Assembly: GCF_009914755.1 (NCBI RefSeq)
Contig: NC_060925.1
DNA: 64,000 bases
Direction: 5' to 3' (one strand)
From: the human T2T-CHM13v2.0 reference genome, Homo sapiens
Both the position numbers and the translations under genes were made by a program. Shown here piece by piece: positions 41,270 through 62,303 of this stretch (its first letter is position 1; each line of letters begins with the position of its first letter). Under the pieces are notes generated by a model. That model was given only the letters and a program-made list of their open reading frames with translations. It had not been told where the DNA came from and did no database searches.

Positions 41270-41875
41270 TCCAGTTTGTGCCTACTGCTCTTGAAGTAAA
41301 GACCAAACTCCTTAATATGATCTACAAAGCTTGGATCTATCTAAGTGAACCTGTTTAGCCTAACATCCCACTTTGCTCACTACACACCAGCCACATTAAT
41401 GAGATGACTATTATTTCTCCATCCAGTAGAGATGCTTTAGGGAATGCAAAAAAGCTCTATAATGAATACACTGGGTTTACAAAGGGACTATCCACAGAAA
41501 ACAGGACCATATGGTCATGTTACACATTGACTTTCTCTCCGTTCTTGGTTTGTGCAAAACTCCATTGCAACTGCATGCATGCTGCTTTACTTAAGCAAAA
41601 TGCCCTTCCTCTCCCCTTTAATTCCACCACCTATGACTCATCCCTCTAGTTTCATTTTCAATGACACTTTCAGCCATAGGCCCTCACAGCACCCTATATT
41701 CCTTTCTTATAATACTTTTTCATAACTTTTGTTTGAACAACTACTTCTCCATCAAGATTGATTTATATCTATCTCTCCCACTAGACTGTAAGCTTCATGA
41801 GCATAGACTATGACTGTCTTATTCATCATTATATCAAGTTTCTAGCAGTCACTGAATGAATGAATGAATGAATAA
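41270..41875 (+). mobile_element. L2 relic containing a MER94-like insertion (~41400-41522)
   Basis: L2 'ccaaactcctta' through 'ctagactgtaagct...tgaatgaatgaat'; MER94-like 'gggactatcc...catatggtca' with 8-bp TSD-like cacattaa / cacattga. Confidence 0.65.
41356..41728 (+). repeat. Local direct duplication, copy 2 (probable donor)
   Basis: Matches 39866-40239; continuous with L2 on both sides. Confidence 0.95.
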
Positions 41876-43299
41876 AATTATTATTATATATGACCTGCAC
41901 AATAACTCTGTAAGATAAAGAAGTATTATCATCTCCATTTTATAGATGTAAAAATGAAAACAGAGAAGTTAAGCAACTTGCCCAAAGTGACACAGTGAGT
42001 GAAGTATTGAATACAAGGGACTCTGACCTAGAGTAAGACTCCCAGCTCAATACATTTTCTGCTACTCCATATTGTCTCTTAATATCCTATCTCCATGTCT
42101 TTTGGATCTGAAAAACTCAGCCTCTATTACCGACAGCTAATGAATACAAGAGAGATTTCTCTGAACACAGACAAGCCCTCTATCCCTTCTCTTTTAGTGG
42201 GGGCTGTTGGAAAGGAAGCTTACTTCAAGTAGATATAAGAAATAAACATTTTTGCCAGCTTGAATGCAGCCTAATCCAGTGGTTATTTAGATTAAAACCC
42301 CAGGGCAGTGTCCAGGCTGACCTCATCTCTATGTGGCAGAAGAGTGCCACCAGGTTCAGCCACACTCAGGAGCCTCAGCCCAGGAGAAGTACATAAGGAA
42401 ATAGTTCAGAATCCCAGTGCTCCAGGGGAGCCTTGATGACTGAAACTTGAGAGGCCTCCTGAACTTGGAAGAGAGGTCAGGCCACCAAATGCTCCATTGT
42501 CCATTGAATGTTACATCCCATGCAATTCCAGATAACTCAATACTACAGTATTCTCTTACAACTGAGAGCATTATATTTTTCAAATGCTTCCATAAACAGC
42601 TTTGTTTTCCTTTTAACCTATCAACAACTAAAAAAAAATGTGGGAACAAGTAATGCAGTAAAAAATGGTTACGTGCATGGGATTTGGAGTCAGACAGGTT
42701 GAATCCCATTTCTGCTGCCTTCTAGCTATGGAACTTGAATAAGCCACTGAGCCCCTGTGAGCCTCCGTTTTCTCATGTGTAAAATAAAGATACTGTATTA
42801 CATACAGAGACATCATAGAGTCAGTCAGGTGATGTATGTAAAATGCTTTTCTCAGAAGTTCAATATTAATAGTACTTAAGTCAGAATTTCTGGACTCTAC
42901 TTTGTTGAGTGGGATTTCTTTACAGTGAGGCCCACCAGCAAATATCCACCTCCTAGTTCATCTCCATAGTTAAATAGCAGGCTGAGTAAATATTTGTGAC
43001 ATGAATCAATAAGCCAGTGAACCTTTGTCCCGTTATGGCACCAAGAAACCTTTCCCTCTCTCCTGGTTTGGGGCCTAAATGCTTCTGGAATAACGAGCTG
43101 TCATGGATTGATGAATCACAAAGCAGTGGACTTACAGTGGCTTCCAAGCAATCAGGTTTAAAGAAAAATCCTTTAGGGCACATTGATGGGGGGTGAAAGA
43201 AAGCGAGGCTGCGTCCTGATGAATCCCACACGCAGCCTGACAGAGTGAAAGGCAACCTCTTCAAATCGGTTCTTGGCGGAGGCACTCGGGGAGTTCTTA

Positions 43300-43425
43300 C
43301 TTACCAGCCTCTCCAGACCTCTCTGTCTGTCCACCGTAGACTCTACCTCTGATTGGGGAGGCCTGAGTCAGGCGACCAGGGGATCCTGCTGATTGGAGTC
43401 AGCTCAATGACTCGTCAGCTGGAAA
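43300..43425 (-). promoter_or_regulatory. Candidate promoter/enhancer: two CTGATTGG (CCAAT) boxes, AP-1 TGAGTCA and a downstream splice donor
   Basis: ATTGG at 43352 and 43392; TGAGTCA at 43364-43370; minus-strand CTG|GTAAGT at 43305/43304; locally elevated CpG. Confidence 0.45.
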
Positions 43426-43776
43426 GGGGGTTATTGAATTCATCAGTCATGTTGACAGGGTGCGTGGGGTGGAGAGTGCAGGGGAAAACCCAGTGTTGGG
43501 CAAAGCTGTGAAGAACACTGGGTTAGACTTGGGCACGATAACCCCTTGAACCAAATTAATGACCCACAGGCTCCCATTGTTTTGTTTCAAATTGTACTGA
43601 ATGATGGATAATAAATGTTAGCCCTTGGGTCTCACTCAAATATCTAAGAAAACAGTAGGCAATTTCTTAAATTTTTTTTTCCGAGTGTTTTCATGTATCT
43701 TTAAATGTTATACAACATTTATATTTCAGTAATTGGACACGCTGATACTACCTGGGATGGTAGCAGCCAATTGGAA

Positions 43777-43782
43777 TTTTTT

Positions 43783-43814
<32 letters not shown>

Positions 43815-44098
43815 TTTTTGAGACAGAGTCTCACTGTCACCCAGGCTGGAGCACAGTGGTGTGATCTCGGCTCACTGCAACCTCCACCCCTCAGGTTCAA
43901 AGATTCTCATGCCTCAGCCTCCTGAGTAGCTGGGATTACAGGCATGCACCATCACACCCAGCTAATTTTTGTATTTTAAGTAGAGACGGGGTTTTGTCAT
44001 GTTGGCCAGGCTGGTCTTGAACTCCTGACCTCAAGTGATTTACCCGCTTTGGACTCCCAAAGTGGTGGGATTACAGGCATGAGCCACGGCACTTGGTC
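43777..44098 (-). mobile_element. Alu (AluS-like)
   Basis: Full dimer with long poly(T). Confidence 0.95.
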
Positions 44099-44269
44099 AA
44101 CAAATTGGGATTTATTAAACACCTATTTTGTACCATGTGAATATATATATATCTGTTATTTTACTCATTTCTCTGAGAGGGGTGCCTACATAATTCCCAA
44201 ATTATAGATAAGAAAACAGGGAAAGACAGGTGACTAATTTGCAGAGTCACTTTACAAGACAGTGACAGA

Positions 44270-44921
<652 letters not shown>

Positions 44922-45199
44922 CCTTTTTCCAGATATTCAGAGCCAGAACAGTCCTTGAAATTCTTCTTTTTCAGATTGCTGGGGCTGTCCTAATTAGCAC
45001 AATGGTAATTGTTGGGAGGGGAGTTTGACAGTTGGCCCAGGGACCTGGGCCAAGGCCCCCTCTGGCTATGATGTTCTGAGATTATGTGAATTGAAGGGTT
45101 CCCTCTGGTTCAGAATCCATATTCCACACTCTGCTCTCTCAGCCTGGCTTCCACGTCCAGAGATTATATGCTAGCTTTAGTACTTTTAGGCTAATGATA

Positions 45200-45385
45200 C
45201 TGAATCACAGGTTTGGAAGGGACTTTAGGACTGTCAGGTCCAATCTACAATTCAATAGTTGGATCTTATCTGCAATATCCCTGCCAATTGGTTTCCCCTC
45301 TGCTTACCCTTCTCCAGCAATGAGGAGCTCATTACCTCATTCCTTCTTTGGATAATGTGGCTGTTAGAAAGTTCTTTCTTTGCTT
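45200..45385 (-). mobile_element. L3/CR1 relic
   Basis: 'ttggaagggacttta...gagctcattacctc...ctgttagaaagttctt'. Confidence 0.5.
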
Positions 45386-45697
45386 TAAGTTGTTTCAGGC
45401 AGAAGGGACAACATGAGCAAAGACGTGGAGGAGAAAACAGCTTGCGTCACTCAATGAGGATTTGGAATCAGAAGACTAGGGTCAAGACCCACATCTCCTA
45501 CTTCTTAGCTGGTGACCTTGGATAGGAATTTAACCCTCGTGAACTTAAGTATTTCTTTTCTTAGCTATGAAATAGGGTTAATACCTGCCCTATCTACCCC
45601 CAGGACTTGCTGTGAGGATCAAATGAGAAAATGAATAGCTACTTTCAGAGAAAAAGGGTGTGTACATTTGTAACAGGATAGTTATTATCATTGACAG

Positions 45698-46007
45698 TTT
45701 TTTTGTTTGTTTGTTTGTTTGTTTGTTTTTGAGACAGAGTCTCACTCTTTCATCCAGGCTGGAATGCAGCAACGTGATCTCAGCTCATTGCAACCTCTGC
45801 CTCCTAGGTTCAAGTGATTCTCATGCCTCAGCCTCCTGAGTAGCTGGGATTACAGGCATAAGCCACCATGCCTGGCTAATTTTTGTATTTTAGAGATGGG
45901 TTTTACCATGTTGGCTAGGCTGGTCTCAAACTCCTGACCTCAGGTGATCTGCCCACCTCAGCTTCCCAAAGTGCTGGGATTACAGGCATGAGCCACAGCA
46001 CCCGACC
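45698..46007 (-). mobile_element. Alu (AluSx-like)
   Basis: Full dimer; TSD-like atcattgaca / atcactgata. Confidence 0.95.
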
Positions 46008-47041
46008 ATCACTGATAATCTTTTATCCAACTTTTTCCACTTTAAATAAGAAAGGAACCAAAGCAGTTGTCTTTGATTTGTTTTGCTACTATTTACAAGG
46101 CAAGAGGTTTGACACTTGCCATAAAATGCAGAAGTAGCACTTGCCCAAATTTTGTCCTTTAGTGGACTCAATATATTTTCAGACAGCATCATGAAATGGT
46201 ATCTCACTCATGCCCAAATCTCCTTCCCAATTCAGGCACATTGTTTGGGTCTCCCTGGGGAAAGGGCCGACACTTGTGCTCATTTGCACCCAAGCTGCTG
46301 AGGGCTTGCACTGACAGAAACAGATGTCAGCAGGGTGAAACCAACACATTAATTTTGCCTGATGACCTAAGCCAGATGTGGATAGAAGTCTCCAGAGGTA
46401 AGAAAGAGGGCGAGAAAAGATTATGGCCTCTCCCTGCTGTACCACAATCCATTCCGATTTTTCAAGATTATCTTTCAGCCATCAGCCCCAAAACTGACTA
46501 AATATCTCATGCAGCCTTTCTGAGCCAGCATCCCCAGGCTCTCCAGATTTGACCATCTCTGAATAATTGTGAGTATCACCTTTCAGGAAAGACCTCCCTG
46601 ACCATTTCAAATGCCACAGTTCTTGATCTAGATGATATATCATTTCATTCTCAAAATAGTCCTCTGTGGTAAGTTTTATCATTTCCTTTATTTAGATGTG
46701 GAAAGTGAAGCTAAGAAAGGTGAAAGTGCTTATTTAAGTTCACAAGGATAGCAGAACCAAAGCTAAAACTAAAGTCTTTTAACTTTAAAAGAAAAAAAGA
46801 ATTATTAAAGACAACTTATCATAAATGTATGTTTCAACAAAGATGCCAACATTAATTAAATTCCTTCTCTGTTCAAGACTCTACATGAAATACTGGAAAC
46901 GAGATGAGGGTATAGATGAGTATTTCACTCTATTGAAGAATAGTTTGGGGAGAGGTTTCCTTTTGTAAGCTACAAAGTATGTAATTCTTGGGTCTGCTCA
47001 TTCAACAAGTATTTAATGGTATCCACTAAGGTGCCATCCAA

Positions 47042-47472
47042 TGCACTTGATGGCTCCTGTAGTAGACCAGTCTGGGAGGAGGTTCTAGGAGGAACTCTTA
47101 CAGAGACCAGCTGGACTGGAGCTTCTCATGACACCAAAGACACTTGACTTCAAATTTAGCTTGGTCACTTAACAAGACTGCTGGGAGAAACAATTCACTT
47201 CAAAACTTAACCAGTGAAACACATGTACATGGTATCAACTGGTGAGCAATGGGCCAAACCAACTCTTGCCATTGATTCTTGGAGCAGAGGCAAAATGGGC
47301 AGGGCATGAACTGATACACTTTAGAGTTGCATAGCTTTGAGTTGAAATTCTGGTTCTGTCACTCTTTTTTTTTTTTTTTTTTTCAGAGGCAGGGTCCTAC
47401 TCTGTCACCCAAGCTGGAGTACAACGGAGTATTCATAGCTCACTGCATCCTTCAACTCTTGGACTCAAATGA
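47042..47472 (-). repeat. Inverted duplication arm B (includes Alu fragment ~47365-47472)
   Basis: Reverse complement of 44469-44921; also gives near-identical ORFs '[12 protein letters not shown]' on opposite strands. Confidence 0.95.
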
Positions 47473-47619
47473 GGAGTCCAGGAGTTGGGTAATATACCAT
47501 TATAACTATCTTTTTGCAAATCCAGAGATGAATAATCCATGTGCACAAGATGAAGAAGAAAGACTAGAAGGAAATCATTTCACATGGTTAAAGAAATGCA
47601 GCAATCAAGGTCTATAAAG

Positions 47620-47847
47620 AGCAAACTTGTCCAACCTGTGGTTGATGGTCCACGGTCCACACGTAGCCCAGGAAGGCTTTGAGTGCAGCCCCGCACAAAC
47701 TGGTAAACTTTCTTAAAACATTATGAGATTTCTTTTTGCAATTTTTTTAACTCATCAGCTATTGTTAGTGTTAGTGTATTTTATGTGTGGCCCAAGATAA
47801 TTCTTCTTCTAATGCGGCCCAGGGAACAAAAAGATTGAACACCCCTG
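47620..47847. mobile_element. MER30 (hAT-Charlie MITE)
   Basis: 'aaactttcttaaaacattatgagat...ctcatcagctattgttagtgttagtgtattttatgtgtggcccaaga...acacccctg'. Confidence 0.85.
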
Positions 47848-49201
47848 ACACAGAGTATATGGAGGCACTGAACAAGCCTTATGTATCCCAGATCCAGGGA
47901 GGTGGGAATGTAGGAGGTTGAGGTCAGAAAGCCTTCTGGAAGGAGCTCTCATGTGACTTAAGTCTTAAAAGTCAAGTATGCCTTTGCCAGGTTAACAAAT
48001 GAGAAAGAGATATTCCAGGGAGTAGTAATAGAGCTGACGGAGTGCTGTGCATAGAAAACCACAAGCTTAAAGCCTGATGAGAGAAGTGGCAAGTAATGAG
48101 ATGGAACAGAACGGCAAGGGTTGGATCATGAAGGATCTAAGGAGCCAGGCCATGGAGTTTGGACTTCATCTCAAAAACAATAGGAAACCACAGAAGGGTT
48201 TTAAGCCATGGAGTTAAATTACTTGACCTAAGTGGATTATTATTTATTATCTTAGGATATAATTATATACACAGAGACTCAGGAATGCACAATGTTTTGA
48301 TTTGAGATAGTTTTATTCTCTAGTCATAATGTGCTTCTAAAAATTGATTGATATTCATGATGGATCCTAAGTTAAATTATTCTGTTACAGGGGAAATTTT
48401 TGAAGTTTTAACAATTAAAGCTATTTAATAAACCAAGAGACAGTTGCCAAAAAGCAAAATTGGAGCTAATGGCTAGCCTCTCAGCATCACTCTGGATTTG
48501 TTAATACATCTTGAGCACCTACAATGAGCCCTGTACTGGCAGGGGGGCACATAGAATTTTAGGGTACTCTTGCCTTCACCTGGAAAAATACGGGTCCTGA
48601 AAGAAGAGGAACCTGGTCTGAAGGGAAGGAGGAGAACTTAATTCTCAGTATCTGCCTTGTCACATATCCATCATGGAAGTCCCTGGAGTCTAGACTCTGA
48701 CCTTTAAAAAAAAAATCAACTTCACTGAGATATTTATATACAATGAAACACCCATTTGAATAACACAATTTGATGAATTTTGACAAATGTATTAACTCAT
48801 AAAACCATCACCACAACCAAGGTATAAAATATTTCCATAATCCCAAACAGTTGGCCTGTGCCCTTTCCAAGTTTCCCTTGTAATCCAGGCCCTCAAGATG
48901 AGGAACTTTCCTACCCTGTTCCCTGCACGTGCCCCACTCCCACATGCCATGTGACCACCGATGTTCCTTCTGTCCCTATCAATGGAATAATACGGTATGT
49001 GTCCTTTGTGTACATTATCTTTTGCTTAGCATGATTTTTAGATTCTTCCATGTTGAGTTGAATACCTCAATAGTCCCTTACTTTTTATTGCTAACTAGTA
49101 TTTCATTGTATGAATTTACCAAAATTTGTTTATGCATTCATCTGTTGATGGATATTCGGATTGTTTCTAGGTTTGGGGTATTATGAATAGAGACGTTATG
49201 A

Positions 49202-49500
<299 letters not shown>

Positions 49501-50223
49501 TGATTTCATTTTTTTTTAGGTAAATACTCAGGAGTGGAACTGCCTAGTTGGCAACATATGTTTAACATTACAAGAAACTGTCAAATTGTTTTTCAACATG
49601 GGCGTTCCATTTTACATTCCAGCCACTAATAGACAACAGTTCCAGTGCCCCACTTCCTTACAAACATTAGGCATCATCAATCTTTTGAATTACAATCATT
49701 CCAATTGGTGTGTTGTGGTATCTAATTGTTGTTTTACGTTTTCCTAATTACTAATGAGTTTGTCTGTTTTAACAACTACATGAGAAAAAAATTTTTACTG
49801 ACTGAATAGGTAAGATCCATGACTATAGCTCAACACTCACATGATACTGCTTTACTCATGTTGTGTTTTTGCAAGACACTGTGGTAGAGACTAGAAAACT
49901 TGGGAGGACTTGCAAAGAAATCTTGGAATAACACATGAAGGATGATGTGAAAAGTGATTCCGAAGCAGACCACCCTTTCCTGTGCTTATTACTCATTTGT
50001 ACACCTTGTTTTATGAAAAATCTTCTCTAATCTTTTGCTCACCTTTTTTATTAAATTGGTAATAATATTATTGAATTGCACAAGTTCTTTGTTCTGGTTA
50101 CAAGGCCTCTGTTAAATATATGTTTTGTAATAATTTTCTCTTAGTCTATGGCTTGCCTTTTCATTTCTTAACAGTGTTTTTGGAGATACTCTTAAGTGTT
50201 TTTGAGTGTTTTAGTGAAATTAA

Positions 50224-50533
<310 letters not shown>

Positions 50534-50824
50534 TAATTTCTCCTTTTAAGTGTCATGCTTTTTGTTTCCTGAGAAACCATTGCCAATCCTATTGAAAAAA
50601 TATTCTCCTTTCTTCTAGAAGTTTTGTAGTTTTAGGTTTTACCTTTAGGTTTTTATCCATTTCAGTTAGTTATTATGTATGGTATAATGAAAAGAGCAAG
50701 GTGAATTTTTCCTCATATAGGTAATACATGAGGAAAAATTTTTTCAACACCATTTATTGAAAAAACTATCTTTTCTCCCATTGAATTACCTTAGCACCTT
50801 TATAAAAAATCAATTGATTGAAAG

Positions 50825-53259
<2,435 letters not shown>

Positions 53260-54808
53260 CCTGGACACAGGAAAACAGTAAAAGAGGAATCCCCAGAACT
53301 CTGGGAGAGACCCTAAACCCAAGAGGCCTTTGTTTCCGACATATGGAGCTACCTAAAGACTGCACAGGGACATTGCTTCAGAAAGAGAACCCACACAAAA
53401 TTCCACAGGTATTCAAGCCTAGGGCAGCCTCAGCCAGGTGCCATTTGGAGAGTCCCCACATACCAATGATCTACAGACATGGCTGCAGCCACTGTGTTTC
53501 TCCAAGGAGAGAGAGAAGAGAACAGGCACTTCCACACAATCCTTGGAGGGTCCCTGCCACCCTGCTGTGACCTGCTGTTGAGGATGAGACATTAATGGAA
53601 CACACTCCCCACAGCTTCTTGTTCACATTGCTTGTCTGTGTGGTGCCCCACCCTCTCCAGTCCCAGGCTCATGGTACTACTTTGAGAACAACCCTTGGCC
53701 TGAGTTTAGGCTGATATGGCTGCAACCACCACCCAGCCAAGGAGGGACAGGGAAGCCAAGTTCTCCTATGCATACATAGGACAATGCCCAACATCCTGCT
53801 AGAAGCTGCTGTGAGACTGAGACTTTAACAGATCACACTCCACACAGTTTCTTGCCCATGCTGTTTCCACCTGAGAAGGGTCCCACTCTTTCCAGTCACA
53901 AGCCCACATATGGCACTCTTTTGAGAATTTAGAGATATTGTTTGGCCACCTGGCAGCAGCAGCCACAACAGACATTTTAGTCTTGGGCCAGAGATTGAAG
54001 AACTTGCTCTGGAATGGTGGAAAGGCCCCCATAGCCAGAATTTAGCAGGGAATGTGGAGAGTGGCCCAGCAGTAGCTGTTGAAATTAAGTCCTCTCCCAT
54101 CACAGGACTGGAGCAAGAGGAGAGTTGCTGAAGCTGAGTTTTTCCTGGGCAGTAAGACTTGCAGCCAGGGACATCTTTATGACCTGGAACCCATCTGTGG
54201 GTGTCATTGCTGGGGGCCTCAGCCTTCTCTCTAGCTCTTTTGAGGGACAGGGCCCCAGCAGCTCTGAGAAGAAGGAGGGGCCCCACTCCACTGGAGATCC
54301 AACCCTCAGTGCAGTCTGCCCCTAAGGACAGGGGAACACAGTCTACCAAAGCCCTCCTTAGGTCAAAGAAAAGGCGAGCATGGCATCAGCTACTGAAGGC
54401 AGCACCACCAAAGCCCAGGAGCAGATGTGGAGAGGGGTCATATCTCATATCCCAGCCCCCTCCTCAGTACACTGTTGCTGACTTGGCATTGGCTCTTCCT
54501 GTCAGGGCCTGGGGAGTGTAGGCTGAAGGAGACTGCTTCTCGGGCTTCTCCAGTGGCTCCACCCCCACTGAAGGCAAACGCATACCTGGGGGAGGGTATG
54601 CATTAGAGAAAGCCACTGCAACTTATTTGCAACTAAGGAACCTGTGCAGAGCATTGGTACCTTGAAATCACCCATAAATGAAGCCAATCAATCTTGCAAA
54701 TATATACCACAGCCATACTGCCATAAATGAAAAAATAAATAAATAAAATAAAATAAAGAAGACCCATCCAAACAATATCAAATTTTTAAAAAGTGTCAGC
54801 TTTCTCAA

Positions 54809-55790
54809 ATGAGAAGAAACTAGCACAAGAACTTTAACAATACAAAAAGGCAGAGTGTGTCATTGCCTCCAAAGGATCTCAGTAGCTCCCAAGCAATGGA
54901 TCCTAACCAGAATAAAACGTCTGGAATGACGGATATAGAATTCAGAATATGGATAATGAAGAAAACAAGATCCAAAAGGAAGCTGAAATCCAACACAAAG
55001 AAGCCAAAAAACAGATCCAAGATTTGAAAGATGACATAGCTGTATTAAGAAAGAACCAAACAGAACTTCTGGAATTGAAAAATTTACTACAGAAATTTTT
55101 AAATACAGTTGTAAGCCTTAATAACAGACTAAAGCAAGCAGAATTTCAGAGCTCAAAGGCCTGTCCTTCAAATCGACCCAATCAGAAATAAACATATAAT
55201 AATAATTTTTAAAAATGAACAAAGCCTTCAAGAAATATAGGATTATGTTAAGTGACCAAAGCTGTGACTTATTGGCATGCTTGAGAGAGAATAAGAGAAA
55301 GTAAGTAACTTGGAAGACATATTCAAAGACATAATTCAGGAAAATTTCTCCAACCTTGCTAAAGAGGTCGACATGAAGATACAAGAAATCTGAAGAACTC
55401 CTATGAGATACTATACAGTATGACCATCCCGAGGGCACACAGTTATCAGATTATCCAAGGACAATATGAGAGAAGAAATCTTAAAGGCAACTAGAAAAAA
55501 AGGGTCACATTACCTATAAAAAGAAACCCATCAGACTAACAGCAGACTTCTCACTGGAGACCTTACAAGCCAGAAGGAAGTGAGGGCCCATTTTAGCATT
55601 CTTAAAGAAAAGAGATGCCAGCCAAGAATTTCATATCTCACCAAACTAAACTTCATAAACTAAGGAAAAATACTGTTTCTCAGACAAGCAATCACTAAGG
55701 GAATTCATCACCATCAGACTGGCCCTAAAAGAGATGCTTATGGGAGTTGTAAACATGGAAACAAAAGAACAATACTTTCTACCATAAAAG
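54809..55790 (+). pseudogene. L1 ORF1p remnant
   Basis: Coiled-coil fragment 'IQDLKDDIAVLRKNQTELLELKNLLQ'; multiple stops. Confidence 0.85.
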
Positions 55791-55869
55791 CACATGCAAG
55801 TGTACAACCCACAGATCCTATAAAGCAACTACAGAATCAAGAATGCAAAGCAACTAGCTAACAACATTA

Positions 55870-59890
<4,021 letters not shown>

Positions 59891-60854
59891 GAGCTGGAGG
59901 CCATTATTCTAAGCATATTAATGAAGAAACAGAAAACTAAATACCACATGTTCTCACTTACAAGTAGGAGCTAAACATTGGGTATACACGGACACAAATA
60001 TGGGAACAATAACTATCGGGGATTCTGAAAAGAGGGAGAAAAGGAGGAAGGCAAGGGTTGAAAAACTACCTATCAGGTACCATGTTTACTACTAACCTCA
60101 GCATCACACAATATGCCCATGTACAAACCTGCATATGTACCCCATGAATCTAGAAAAAATATATATATAATTGAGTAACATGTTCCAGCTTTGCTCACCT
60201 TTTTTAAAAAATATGAATCTATTCTAAGTCCTTTGCATTTCTATAGGTACTTTAAAATCAGCTTGTCAATCTTGATAAAAATCCTGCTAGCGTGATTGAT
60301 TGTGCTAAATCCATAGATCAATCTGGGAAAAAACATATATCTTAACAATATTGAGTTTTCCTTTCCATAAACTTGACGTCCCTATTTATTTAGGTCTTCT
60401 TTAATTTTTCTCAGTAATATATTTTTTATTGTCCAGGTCTTATGCATATTTTGCTAAATTTCTCCATAAGTATTTCATCTTTTCTTAATGCAGTTGTGAA
60501 TGGACTTCCTTTTTAATAATCTGTTTCCAGTAATTCATTGCTAGTATATAGAAATACATAACTTTTTTATATTGATCTTTTATTCTTGATACATTTACCT
60601 TTTGTTCTGTAAATTATTTATGATTTTCTACATAGACAATCATATACTGTATGAATAAAGACACTTTACTTTTTACTATACAATCTGTATGCCTCTTATT
60701 TCTTTTCTTTTCCTTATGTTATTGCACTGTACAGAAACTCCAATCCGAGGCTGAATAGAAGTAATAAGACTGGGTATTCACTGTTCATTCCCAATCTTGG
60801 TTGGAAAGTGTTGTCTTACACTATTACATAGCTGTAAATTTTTCATATATTCCC

Positions 60855-61210
60855 TGTCTTAGCCAGTTCAAGCTGCTACAACAAAGTGCCGTAGACTGAG
60901 TGGCTCATAAAGAAAAGAAACTTAATTATCTCGCTTCTGAAGGCTAAAAATCTGAGGTCAGAGTGCCAGCACAGTAGGTTCTGTAAAGGCTCTCTTTCAA
61001 GTTACAGACTGCTGACTTTCCATTGTATACAAATATGATAAAAAGAGATGGAGCTAGCTCTCCAGGCTCTTCTTATAAGGGCACGAATCATGAGGGTCCA
61101 CTGTCCTGATCTAATAATTTCCTAGAGGCCCCACCTCCAAATACCATTACACTGAGGATTAGATTTCAACACATGAATTTGGGGCAGACACAAACATGTA
61201 GTCCATAACA
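60855..61210 (-). mobile_element. MLT1A-like solo LTR
   Basis: 'tgtcttagccagttcaagctgctacaacaaa...gacacaaacatgtagtccataaca'. Confidence 0.85.
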
Positions 61211-62007
61211 TGCCTCTTTTCTCCATGAATAATATTGGTTTTGGAGTCTTTTTCATGTTATATTAAATAGCCACTCCAGCTTTCTTATGCTTATGTTTGT
61301 ATATCTTCATCTAATCTTTAAATATCTGTGTCCTGATATTTAAGTGGATTTCTGTGAACAGCATATAGTTGTGTCTTGCTTTTTTATCCGGTATGGCAAT
61401 CCTTGCCTCTTAACTGTAGCATTTATACTATTTACATATATTGATATTGTTGGGTTTAAATCTACCATCTTGCTATTTGTTTTCTACTTTTCTTCTCTGT
61501 TTTTGTGTCTATTTTTCCCTATTTTCCTGGTTTCCTTGAATAATTTGGGGATTTTTATTCTATTTTATATTCAATATTAGCTTCTTAGCTAAACCTCTTT
61601 AACTTTCAATATTTTAACTAGGGTTTCCAATATGCTTCTTGAACATAGTGTAGTCTACATACAAGTAATATACCACCTAGTATATAATGTCAAGACCATT
61701 TAAACCTTTAGTTTCATCCCCCACCCTTAGCCCTTTATGGTACTATTGTCATGCATGTTGTTTTTCATATTCAATTTCCCTATTTTTAAAATAAGAAAAA
61801 ATGTATGTAATATATATCTATATATTTACCATTTCTGGTATCCTTCATTTCATTGTGTAGATCTATGTTACCCATCACCTGATACTTTTTTCCCTGAAGA
61901 ACTTTCTTGGACTTTTTTGGTGCAGGTTTACTGCTAATAAATTCTCTCAGCTTTTGGTTTTTGAAAACTTTTAAAATTTTACCTTAATTTTTGAAAGATA
62001 TTTTCCG

Positions 62008-62303
<296 letters not shown>

